From Bacteroidaceae bacterium (GTDB lineage Bacteria > Bacteroidota > Bacteroidia > Bacteroidales > Bacteroidaceae), in contig JAFYAT010000102.1 of NCBI GenBank assembly GCA_017540585.1, positions 47,221 to 111,220 of the forward strand: a stretch of 64,000 bases of DNA, written 5' to 3'. Below are positions 49,205-57,582 of the stretch, in pieces. The translations under genes and the position numbers were made by a program. The notes beneath the pieces are model-generated. The model had not been told where the DNA came from. It saw only the letters and a list, made by a program, of their open reading frames with translations, and did not search any database. Each line of letters starts with the position of its first letter. The stretch's first letter is position 1.

Positions 49205-49702
49205 ATGATAATTATAGAAAAATCTAAAGAGCAGAAGTATGCTGACTATGTACTTTGGGCTATTATGGCTGTAAGTGCAGTTGTGTTGGTTATCTTCTTT
49301 GCATGGGGATATGACACTCCTTACGAGGAGAACCCAGACTTCAATGCCCCACTTTTCTCTGATGGACTTATCATTCTCCAGATTGCACTTATCATTCTTT
49401 GTGCATTCTTGATGTGTGGTGGTGCTATCAACTCACTCACAATCGGTGGTAAGAAGAATGAGGAATTGACTACTATTGCAGATAAGGTTTCTAACCCTAT
49501 CGCTTGGGGTACAATGGTTGTATCTCTCGTAGTTGGTGTTATCTATGGAGTAACATTCAAGGACGAGCCAATGATCATCAACAATGAGGCATGGCAGAAC
49601 CCGACCGAGAGCATCATGTCAGACATCTGTATCTGGTCAATCGGTATTCTTACTCTTGGAACAATCGTTGCTGCTATTTACAGCATGATTACAAGAAAGT
49701 AA
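49205..49702 (+). CDS. Hypothetical 4-TM membrane protein between exbB and exbD
   Basis: 165 aa with four hydrophobic helices. No family recognised. It lies in the same operon context. Confidence 0.5.
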   Translation: MIIIEKSKEQKYADYVLWAIMAVSAVVLVIFFAWGYDTPYEENPDFNAPLFSDGLIILQIALIILCAFLMCGGAINSLTIGGKKNEELTTIADKVSNPIAWGTMVVSLVVGVIYGVTFKDEPMIINNEAWQNPTESIMSDICIWSIGILTLGTIVAAIYSMITRK

Positions 49703-49729
49703 TAACACTCTAAACTCAGAAGCAATATT

Positions 49730-50320
49730 ATGGGAAAGAAAAGAAAAATGCCGGGCTTGAACACAAGTTCAACAGCAGATATCTCATTCATGTTGCTCAT
49801 CTTCTTCCTTACTACAACTTCTATGGATACTGATGCTGGTCTTGCGCGTACATTGCCAAAACCACCAGAGGAAAACCAGGAGAACAACGAGATGAAGGTT
49901 AAGGAACGTAACATCCTTAACATTCGTATCAATAAGGACAACTACCTCCTCATCGGTAACGATTACGCTACACCTGAGGATGTAAAGGAGAGAGCCAAAG
50001 AGTTTATTAAGAACGAGAAGAATGATCCAAATCTTCCAGAGGTTATTTCCAAGAAGATTAAGTATCTCGGACGTAATGTTCCTGTTACTGATAATCACGT
50101 AATCTCTGTTCAGACAGACCGTGGTACTGACTATGGTGTTTACATCATCGTTCAGGACGCCCTCATTCAGGCATACAACGAGCTCCGTGATGAGTTTGCT
50201 TTTGCAGAGTGGCATCACCACATTGAATTCTGTACAGAAGAAGAAAAGGCTGCACTTCGTGAAATCTATCCACAGAAGATTTCCGAGGCAGAACCAAAGA
50301 AGTATGGTCAAGCATTATAA
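49730..50320 (+). CDS. exbD: ExbD/TolR-family protein (long form)
   Basis: 196 aa. N-terminal NTSSTADISFMLLIFFLTTTSM is a typical ExbD TM region, followed by a periplasmic domain. Confidence 0.85.
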   Translation: MGKKRKMPGLNTSSTADISFMLLIFFLTTTSMDTDAGLARTLPKPPEENQENNEMKVKERNILNIRINKDNYLLIGNDYATPEDVKERAKEFIKNEKNDPNLPEVISKKIKYLGRNVPVTDNHVISVQTDRGTDYGVYIIVQDALIQAYNELRDEFAFAEWHHHIEFCTEEEKAALREIYPQKISEAEPKKYGQAL

Positions 50321-50326
50321 GATATT

Positions 50327-50794
50327 ATGAGTAGATTTAACAAAGGCGGCGGAAGGGAAATGCCTGAGATGAATACATCATCTCTCCCTGACTTGATCTT
50401 TACAATCTTGTTCTTCTTCATGATGGTAACATCTATGCGTGAGGTAACAATGATGGTAAAGGTACAGAAGCCACAGGCGTCACAGATTGAGAAACTTGCT
50501 CGTAAGTCTTGTACTTCATTCATCTACATTGGTCAGCCAACTGATATGCTTAAAAGCCAGTACGGTTCTGGTACACGTATTCAGTTGAACGACAGATACG
50601 CAGAGGCTAACGAGGTTTACGACTTCATCATGGCAGACCGTGCAAGCATGGCAGAATCAGACAAGCCATTCTACACAGTGTCAATGAAGGTTGACCACCA
50701 CACTCCAATGGGTATCATCACCGATGTTAAGCAGGTTCTTAGAAAGGCATACGCATTGAAGATTGTTTACTCTTCTGATAAGAAGAAGCAGTAA
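50327..50794 (+). CDS. exbD: ExbD/TolR-family protein (second copy)
   Basis: 155 aa. MNTSSLPDLIFTILFFFMMVTSM TM region and a periplasmic domain. Confidence 0.85.
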   Translation: MSRFNKGGGREMPEMNTSSLPDLIFTILFFFMMVTSMREVTMMVKVQKPQASQIEKLARKSCTSFIYIGQPTDMLKSQYGSGTRIQLNDRYAEANEVYDFIMADRASMAESDKPFYTVSMKVDHHTPMGIITDVKQVLRKAYALKIVYSSDKKKQ

Positions 50795-50818
50795 TACTTC
50801 AATAAACACAATAATAAA

Positions 50819-50847
50819 GAGCAATCCGAAAGGGTTGCTCTTTTTTT
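50819..50847 (+). terminator. Rho-independent terminator of the exb operon
   Basis: GAGCAATCC-GAAA-GGGTTGCTC (one G-U pair) followed by TTTTTTT (50841-50847). Confidence 0.8.
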
Positions 50848-50941
50848 GTCAAAATTCCAATTCTAACCCCTCCAAAGGAATGGAGAGAATACATAGCCAG
50901 CAATAGTTGTATTTTTTTTTTTGATTTACATAAGAAATGTG

Positions 50942-50949
50942 TACCTTTG
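50942..50949 (+). promoter_or_regulatory. Candidate -7 box TACCTTTG for thyA
   Basis: It lies 24 nt upstream of the ATG at 50973. A TTTG lies about 18 nt further upstream (near 50921). Confidence 0.6.
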
Positions 50950-50972
50950 TAATCAAAAGAAATTAAGGATCT

Positions 50973-51767
50973 ATGAAACAATATCTCGACCTACTAAATC
51001 GTATTCTAACAGAAGGAGTACAGAAGGGTGACCGTACTGGTACGGGCACAATATCTGTATTTGGTAACCAGATGCGCTTTAACCTTGAAGAAGGATTTCC
51101 TCTTCTCACAACAAAAAAACTACACCTCAAGTCAATAATATACGAGCTACTCTGGTTCTTGCGTGGAGACACCAATGCAAAGTGGCTCCAGGAACGTGGT
51201 GTAAGAATATGGAACGAATGGGCAGATGAGGACGGTAATCTCGGCCACATCTACGGTTACCAATGGAGATCATGGCCTGACTATAACGGTGGACACATAG
51301 ACCAAATAACAGAAGTCATTGACCAGATAAAGAATAATCCTAACTCACGTCGTCTAATCGTGAGTGCATGGAACGTGGCAGACATCAACAACATGAATCT
51401 TCCACCATGCCACATACTCTTCCAGTTCTACGTAGCAGACGGAAGATTATCACTCCAGCTATACCAGAGAAGTGCGGATACCTTCCTTGGAGTACCATTC
51501 AACATAGCAAGCTATGCCCTACTTCTCATGATGGTGGCACAGGTAACAGGACTCAAGGCTGGTGACTTTGTATATACAACAGGTGATACACACCTCTACA
51601 ATGACCATATCGAGCAAGCAAAGCTTCAGCTCACACGTGAGCCACGTAAGTTACCAACGATGAAGATAAATCCAAATGTCAAGTCTATCTTCGATTTCCA
51701 ATACGAGGACTTTGAACTTTGCGACTACGACCCACATCCACATATCAAGGCAACAGTGAGCGTATAA
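50973..51767 (+). CDS. thyA: Thymidylate synthase
   Basis: 264 aa. MKQYLDLL...DRTGTGT..., LPPCH and the full-length ThyA pattern. Confidence 0.97.
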   Translation: MKQYLDLLNRILTEGVQKGDRTGTGTISVFGNQMRFNLEEGFPLLTTKKLHLKSIIYELLWFLRGDTNAKWLQERGVRIWNEWADEDGNLGHIYGYQWRSWPDYNGGHIDQITEVIDQIKNNPNSRRLIVSAWNVADINNMNLPPCHILFQFYVADGRLSLQLYQRSADTFLGVPFNIASYALLLMMVAQVTGLKAGDFVYTTGDTHLYNDHIEQAKLQLTREPRKLPTMKINPNVKSIFDFQYEDFELCDYDPHPHIKATVSV

Positions 51768-52050
51768 TCTTGATGTGCCAAGGCACAACAAGAAGTTAAG
51801 AGTTAAAAATTAAAAGTTAAAAGTTGAGGTTGTAAGTATATAAGTTTATGAGTTCTTATGTTTTTGAGTTTTTCGGTTATCACGAAAATACTTGCACAGT
51901 CAGGTCTCTACATAAACTGGCAAACTTAAGAACTAACAAAACTCAAAAAAATAAACCTAAAAACTCACAAACATAAGAACTAAAAAACTTAAAAACTCAC
52001 AAACTCAAGAACTAAAAAACTTAAAAACCTAAAAACTTAAAAACTCAAAT
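51768..52050. repeat. A-rich inverted-array intergenic element (thyA-folA spacer)
   Basis: The inverted arms 51842-51873 and 51959-51990 match at about 29 of 32 positions. A 31-bp direct repeat, AAAACTCACAAAC(A/T)(T/C)AAGAACTAAAAAACTT, is present. The element shares 14-, 12- and 18-nt blocks with 62534-62765. Confidence 0.85.
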
Positions 52051-52539
52051 ATGATTTCCATCATAGTCGCAATAGCAGAGAACAATGCCATAGGGTTTGA
52101 GAACAAACTCATATACTGGTTGCCTAACGACTTGAAAAGGTTCAAGGCATTAACAACTGGCAATACAATAATAATGGGAAGAAAAACCTTTGAGAGTTTT
52201 CCAAAGGGAGCACTACCCAACAGAAGGAATGTAGTACTCTCACGAACTGGTAAACCTGAGGACTTCCCAGGAGCAGACCTCTACCCTAACCTTGAGAAGG
52301 CACTTGCATCATGCAAAGGAGACGTATATATCATAGGTGGAGCATCCGTATATAAGCAAGCATTAGACATAGCGGATCGTCTATGCCTCACTTATGTATA
52401 TAACACACCAGCCAAAGCAGATACCTTCTTTCCTGAATTTAACAAAAATGAATGGAAGGAAGTTTTTCGTGAGGAGCACGACATAGACGAGAAGCATAAC
52501 CAGAAATATGCTTTCGTAGATTTGGAACGGATAAATTAA
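52051..52539 (+). CDS. folA: Dihydrofolate reductase
   Basis: 162 aa. MISIIVAIAENNAIG...LPW-like WLPNDLKRFKALTTGNTIIMGRKTFES. Confidence 0.95.
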   Translation: MISIIVAIAENNAIGFENKLIYWLPNDLKRFKALTTGNTIIMGRKTFESFPKGALPNRRNVVLSRTGKPEDFPGADLYPNLEKALASCKGDVYIIGGASVYKQALDIADRLCLTYVYNTPAKADTFFPEFNKNEWKEVFREEHDIDEKHNQKYAFVDLERIN

Positions 52540-52622
52540 TTGGGGAATAAAGAGGAATAAAGAGTGAGGAGTTGATACACACTCATGCTGGATATGAACA
52601 ACTATAGAATCAAATAATTCTA

Positions 52623-52660
52623 CAAAAAAAGAATGAAAAAACTAAGTTCTTCATTCTTTT
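52623..52660. terminator. Bidirectional terminator between the convergent folA and Lrp/AsnC genes
   Basis: AGAATGAA (52630-52637) pairs with TTCATTCT (52650-52657), flanked by an A-run upstream and a T-run downstream. Confidence 0.6.
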
Positions 52661-52681
52661 CACTCATTATAATTGTATTGC

Positions 52682-53167
52682 TTATTCCTGCTCTTCGTCC
52701 TCAACAAACTTAGGTACAGGAATCTGTCTCTTGATTGCCTCACGAAATGATATGATTGTTTCAGAGCGACTAAGACCAAGTGGTTGGAGCTGGTCGTGTA
52801 TAATGCTCAAAAGGTGACTATTGTTCTTAGCATACACCTTGATGAACATATCATATCCGCCAGTAGTGTAATGGCACTCAACAATCTCAGGTATCTTGCG
52901 AAGCTTCTCAGCAACAGAATCAAATGTGCTGACATCCTTCAAATACAAACCGATAAAAGCAATCGTTTCATATCCGAGAACCTCTGGATTCATATCAAAG
53001 TGTGAACCACGAAGGACTCCGAGACGAGTAAGTCTGGTAACACGCTGATGGATAGCAGCACCAGAGACGCCACAAATACGAGCGACTTCAAGGAAAGGCA
53101 CTCGAGCGTCATCACCGACCATACTAAGAATTTGATGGTCTAATTTATCAAGTTGAAAATCTGACAT
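52682..53167 (-). CDS. Lrp/AsnC-family transcriptional regulator
   Basis: 161 aa. An N-terminal HTH (LDHQILSMVGDDARVPFLEVARICGVSGAAIHQRV) and a C-terminal AsnC-type ligand domain. Confidence 0.9.
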   Translation of the reverse strand: MSDFQLDKLDHQILSMVGDDARVPFLEVARICGVSGAAIHQRVTRLTRLGVLRGSHFDMNPEVLGYETIAFIGLYLKDVSTFDSVAEKLRKIPEIVECHYTTGGYDMFIKVYAKNNSHLLSIIHDQLQPLGLSRSETIISFREAIKRQIPVPKFVEDEEQE

Positions 53168-53197
53168 TGATATATGTTTTTATTATAATTTGTGGTG

Positions 53198-53205
53198 CAA
53201 AGGTA
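53198..53205 (-). promoter_or_regulatory. Candidate -7 box (TACCTTTG on the minus strand) for the Lrp/AsnC gene
   Basis: The plus strand CAAAGGTA lies 31 nt upstream of the ATG at 53167. Confidence 0.55.
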
Positions 53206-53255
53206 AACATTTTTTTCTAAATAATAGTTTTTAACGTCAAAAAATAACAATCCGT

Positions 53256-54638
53256 ATGATTTTACCTCATGATTTTATAGAAATGATGGAAAAACAAATA
53301 GGTTCGGAAGAAACAAAGAAACTTACGAATGCTATCTGTATGCCATCACCTACATCTATAAGAATTAATCCAATAAAGAAATGCGAAAACTCATCTGACA
53401 GCGTACTCGCAGAAGAATGGAATGAGGTAAAATGGTGTAAGGAAGGTAGGTTACTAAATGAAAGACCATCTTTCACATTCGACCCTCTATTCCATTGCGG
53501 TGCTTACTATGTGCAGGAAGCATCATCCATGTACCTGTCACACATCATACGCAATTATATCAACAAGCCAGTAATTGCGCTTGATATGTGCGCAGCTCCT
53601 GGAGGCAAGTCAACACTCGCAATCTCCACTCTGCCCGAAGGTTCATTCCTAATTGCAAATGAGGTGAACAGGAAGCGTTGCCAGATACTTGCAGAGAACA
53701 TTACGAAATGGGGCAATCCAAATACGATAGTCACCAACAACTATGCTGAGGATTTCGCAAACTTCACCAACACATTCGATCTTATAATATGCGATGCGCC
53801 ATGTTCAGGCGAAGGTATGTTCCGCAAGGACGAAGAAGCAATAAAAGAATGGAACCTCAACAATGTAGAGACATGTTGGAAACGTCAGCGAGAGATTGTA
53901 AGCAATATTTGGCATTGTCTCAAACCGGGTGGCATACTCATTTACAGCACATGCACCTACAACCACTATGAGGACGAGGACATCATCTCATGGATTGAGT
54001 CAGAACTTGGCGGCAAACGTCTGCCACTTTGTGATGACAAGGATTGGGGCATCAAAGAAGGCCATTTCTTTCCTCATCACATCACAGGTGAAGGATTCTT
54101 CGTATGTCCTATCCGTAAGACAGATGATGACGACACAGAAGATTACGATGACTACGGAAATGGCAAGAAGAACAAGAAAGGAAAGGATGCCAAAGGTATC
54201 ACGGCAATAAAACCAAACACACCTATAGCTAAAGAGTTGAAGGGTTATCTGAACGATGCAGAGTCATTTACGATATACGAGGAAAAAGATAAATACTATG
54301 CATTCCCAACAGAACATCTCTCCTATCTGCAAGAAGCGAGAAACAGCCTCCACGTCGTACATTCTGGCATCAAGCTTGCCACAGTCAAAGGCAAGAACCT
54401 ACAACCAGAACACAGCCTTGCCATGAGTAATTCATTACGCAAAGACACCTTCGCAAACGTGGAGCTTGACAAGGATAATGCAATAGCATATCTGCGTACA
54501 GAAGCAATATGTGTAGATGCTCCAAAAGGATTCATTTTGCTTACATACAAAGGCATACCACTCGGTTTTGGCAAGAATATAGGCAACAGAGTCAATAATT
54601 TATATCCAGCAGAGTGGAAAATAAGAAAAAATTACTAA
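53256..54638 (+). CDS. RsmB/RsmF (NOL1/NOP2/Sun)-family RNA cytosine-C5 methyltransferase
   Basis: 460 aa. SAM-binding DMCAAPGGKS, catalytic ICDAPCSGEGMFRK and YSTCT motifs, and an RsmF-type C-terminal domain. An Asp/Lys-rich insertion (TDDDDTEDYDDYGNGKKNKKGKD) is present. Confidence 0.85.
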   Translation: MILPHDFIEMMEKQIGSEETKKLTNAICMPSPTSIRINPIKKCENSSDSVLAEEWNEVKWCKEGRLLNERPSFTFDPLFHCGAYYVQEASSMYLSHIIRNYINKPVIALDMCAAPGGKSTLAISTLPEGSFLIANEVNRKRCQILAENITKWGNPNTIVTNNYAEDFANFTNTFDLIICDAPCSGEGMFRKDEEAIKEWNLNNVETCWKRQREIVSNIWHCLKPGGILIYSTCTYNHYEDEDIISWIESELGGKRLPLCDDKDWGIKEGHFFPHHITGEGFFVCPIRKTDDDDTEDYDDYGNGKKNKKGKDAKGITAIKPNTPIAKELKGYLNDAESFTIYEEKDKYYAFPTEHLSYLQEARNSLHVVHSGIKLATVKGKNLQPEHSLAMSNSLRKDTFANVELDKDNAIAYLRTEAICVDAPKGFILLTYKGIPLGFGKNIGNRVNNLYPAEWKIRKNY

Positions 54639-54643
54639 CTTTG
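54636..54643 (+). promoter_or_regulatory. Candidate -7 box TAACTTTG for the 54745 gene
   Basis: It overlaps the methyltransferase stop codon and lies 102 nt upstream of the ATG at 54745. Confidence 0.4.
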
Positions 54644-54744
54644 CAACTTGAAATTAATGAGGAATCAAGAACAAGAAATCAGGGAAGGACTATTAACAAA
54701 CCTAATTTAAGTTCAGAATTCTAAACTTTAATAATTATAAAGCA

Positions 54745-55290
54745 ATGACAAACTTATATATTAGATATTTTGACCGCGAAGTTGTTGTTTCAACAGTAGA
54801 TGAAGCAATGGATTTTCTCTACTCCATCAAGGAGATAAAGATTGAGACAAATGTGGCAAGTCGCATCAAGACATTCATGGACTCAAGCAACATCTATCCT
54901 TTCCGTCTCAAGGTTAGCTATAGCAACTACGTGCTCTTCCTCAAGACAGAAGCACAGAGCCTTGAGGAATTCAAGGACATCGAGATGATGCGTCGTGAGC
55001 AGAAGCCAATGACGATGGCTGACCGCAAGCGTACAATCCTTGATGAACTCAGAACACCAAATCCAGGATGGTACGAAGGCTCTATTATGTTCAAGAGAGT
55101 TATTACTATCCCATCTACAGGCAAGTGTGAGTATCAGGACACAACTTTCACAGTACGTTGCAAGGCTGAAAGTGCAATGCATTGCTACGAAAGAATGATT
55201 GACAACCTCAAGTGCCGTAAGGATGTTGATACACGCAGCCAGTTCCCATCTGCCAAGAGCCAGAACTTTACATATAAATTCTTGGGATAA
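54745..55290 (+). CDS. Hypothetical protein, no family recognised
   Basis: 181 aa, soluble, with four Cys in the C-terminal half. It is flanked by a candidate promoter and a REP-like element plus terminator. Confidence 0.5.
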   Translation: MTNLYIRYFDREVVVSTVDEAMDFLYSIKEIKIETNVASRIKTFMDSSNIYPFRLKVSYSNYVLFLKTEAQSLEEFKDIEMMRREQKPMTMADRKRTILDELRTPNPGWYEGSIMFKRVITIPSTGKCEYQDTTFTVRCKAESAMHCYERMIDNLKCRKDVDTRSQFPSAKSQNFTYKFLG

Positions 55291-55292
55291 AA

Positions 55293-55327
55293 GCCCCCTC
55301 CGACTCCCCCAATGGGGGAGAGATAGG
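55293..55327. repeat. GC-rich palindromic element (REP-like, related family)
   Basis: GCCCCCTCCGACTCCCCCAATGGGGGAGAGATAGG, with the hairpin CTCCCCC-AAT-GGGGGAG (55304-55320). Confidence 0.7.
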
Positions 55328-55391
55328 AGATATCAATATAATTGGGGAATATAGAGAAGTTAGAGAAAATAGCTAATCAATATACCCCTAA

Positions 55392-55434
55392 TAAAAAACA
55401 GAGAATTAGAGTCAAATCTAATTCTCTGTTTTTT
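55392..55434. terminator. Bidirectional terminator between the convergent 54745 gene and the OmpA-family gene
   Basis: CAGAGAATTAG (55399-55409) pairs with CTAATTCTCTG (55418-55428), flanked by an A-run and a T-run. The right arm overlaps the OmpA-family stop codon. Confidence 0.65.
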
Positions 55435-57493
55435 GTTGTTCTTCCGACTTCTGTTCCTGATATGTAGTTCTGAGAACCTTGAACACAGTACGGCGGTTGA
55501 GTGCATTGCATATTTCCTGCTGCTCCTCTGTGAGGTGAGTGATGAACTCTTCAGTAAGAATGTCGCCTTCCTGGAGGAAGTCATGCTGAGATGCGAGTTT
55601 CTTGGTGACAACCTTTGGTTGCGTCTCGCCATAACCTACAGCGGTGAGACGTTCCTTGCTGATGCCATGTTCAACGAGATACTTCACTACGGACTGGGCA
55701 CGTCGCTGGGAGAGGTCAAGGTTATAGATGTCCACGCCTCGGTAGTCGCAGTGTGCGCCAAGCTCGATGGTTACGTTGGAGTTGTCGTTAAGGAGTGTGA
55801 CGAGTTTATCAAGCGACACAGTTGACTCAGGTGTCAAGTCTGCGCTGTCAAATCCGTAGAAGATATTATCTATCAACACAGGAACATTGATAGGTGGCAA
55901 TGGGAACTGAAGGACATACTCCTCGCTGTCCTCACTTGGCTCTACCTTCAGCTCATTCTTGACATTAAGATAGCCCTTGCACGTTCCAAGGAAAAGATAC
56001 TCCACTCCAGGCTTGATGACCTGCGTGAAAGAGCCGTCGCCCCTCACGCTCAGTTTTTCGTTTGTTCCATCATTGCCCACCATATATACAAGTGCCTCTG
56101 GAAGTTCGTAACCATCCTTTTCATACACCCAGCCAGTAACAGACTGTACTATCTCTGGGAGTTCAAAGGAATAAATATGGTCAAATCCTTTACCATCTGC
56201 CCTGTTTGACGTGAAATAGCCGCGACTATGTACTCCCTCAAATGTCATACCGAAATCATCTGCACTTGAATTTAGCGGATAACCTTGATTCTCAACCGTC
56301 CAACTTACTGGTGCACCAAGAGGTTCGTCATTATCCCCATATCCAGGACCATCATCCTCGTACTTAGGCGTTGCCTTTAAGATGTCAAGTCCTCCCATTC
56401 CAGGATGACCATCACTTGAAAAGAATAGTTCTCCCGTAGGCTTGAATACTGGAAACGCCTCATCTCCAGGAGTATTGATTTCTGGACCTACATTCTCAAT
56501 ACCAGCAAAACCAGCTGACGTGATTCTTGTACGCCATATATCAAGTCCACCTTCACCTTCTGGCATATCGCTCACAAAATAAAGCCATTGACCATCTGGA
56601 GAGATAGCTGGATGAGCAAAAGAAGAAAGAGTATCGTTACTTATGTCACACTTGGTTGGAGAACCCCACGAAGCATCACTACGCGTGGTTTTCCATATCT
56701 CAGCAAAACGTGGATAGTCAGGGTCGCTCGAACATCTGGTAAAATACATCGTCTTGCCGTCTGGGCTCATACAACTTACTCCTTCGTCATATTCCGTGTT
56801 CACCCCACCCTCTATAGGTTCTGGGCTTGACCACTTGCCTTGCTCATTCTTCTTGGAGAAGAACAAGTCCGCAAACTTCACGCCCGTTATACCGCTTATG
56901 TCATCACCCTCAGTATCGTCACGTGTAGTGGAAAAGACTATCTGGTCACCCTCAGCATTTACAAACATAGGACAGAAGTCGGAGCGACGGGAGTTGAACA
57001 CAGTCTCCTTCTTTACCTGATAAAGATTAGGATTCTCCTTCCATTCTGGAGCAAGCCTTGCAGACTCAAGACCTGCCTTTGCAAGAGCATTGTCAGGGTC
57101 TCTCTCAAGATAAGCCGTAAAACTCTCGGCAGCCTGCTTGTATTGTCCGCATCGTAACTGCTGTTGACCGAGGTAATAGAGTGCCGTACTGTCAGGATAC
57201 TTGTAGCGTACAGCATTCTGGTATGCAGCCATAGCCTTTGTGGAAGAGCCAAAACGACGATAGGACTCTCCTAAAAGGAAAGCCCTCTCTGCCCTTTTTG
57301 CCTTATCCTTGGCAGGTGTTGCCGAATAAGACTTCTTGAACTGGATTGACGCATTATAGTATTCCCCTATTGCCATGCTCTGCTCACCCTTCTTTTGGGC
57401 AACATTAGCATTTGAGCATGAAAACAACATAAGGGGTAGTGCTATAACACACATCCAACTATATTTCATGAAAAGCCATCTAAAGTCACGCAT
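55418..57493 (-). CDS. OmpA-family outer-membrane-associated protein with TPR, PD40/TolB-like beta-propeller and OmpA_C domains
   Basis: 691 aa. Lipobox-like LMLFSC. TPR-like N-terminus. PD40-type repeats (SPDGKTMYFT, ISPDGQWLYFVSD). C-terminal OmpA_C (FDSADLTPES...GAHCDYRG...YNLDLSQRRAQSVVKYL). The start could be the internal MKYSW at 57469. Confidence 0.85.
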   Translation of the reverse strand: MRDFRWLFMKYSWMCVIALPLMLFSCSNANVAQKKGEQSMAIGEYYNASIQFKKSYSATPAKDKAKRAERAFLLGESYRRFGSSTKAMAAYQNAVRYKYPDSTALYYLGQQQLRCGQYKQAAESFTAYLERDPDNALAKAGLESARLAPEWKENPNLYQVKKETVFNSRRSDFCPMFVNAEGDQIVFSTTRDDTEGDDISGITGVKFADLFFSKKNEQGKWSSPEPIEGGVNTEYDEGVSCMSPDGKTMYFTRCSSDPDYPRFAEIWKTTRSDASWGSPTKCDISNDTLSSFAHPAISPDGQWLYFVSDMPEGEGGLDIWRTRITSAGFAGIENVGPEINTPGDEAFPVFKPTGELFFSSDGHPGMGGLDILKATPKYEDDGPGYGDNDEPLGAPVSWTVENQGYPLNSSADDFGMTFEGVHSRGYFTSNRADGKGFDHIYSFELPEIVQSVTGWVYEKDGYELPEALVYMVGNDGTNEKLSVRGDGSFTQVIKPGVEYLFLGTCKGYLNVKNELKVEPSEDSEEYVLQFPLPPINVPVLIDNIFYGFDSADLTPESTVSLDKLVTLLNDNSNVTIELGAHCDYRGVDIYNLDLSQRRAQSVVKYLVEHGISKERLTAVGYGETQPKVVTKKLASQHDFLQEGDILTEEFITHLTEEQQEICNALNRRTVFKVLRTTYQEQKSEEQQKTEN

Positions 57494-57582
57494 ACATAAT
57501 TATAAACGCAAAACTCGGTCTTTTATTGTATAAACCCAAGGCTTCTTTCAAAAAGCATAAACATCCGTAAGTACAATACTGG

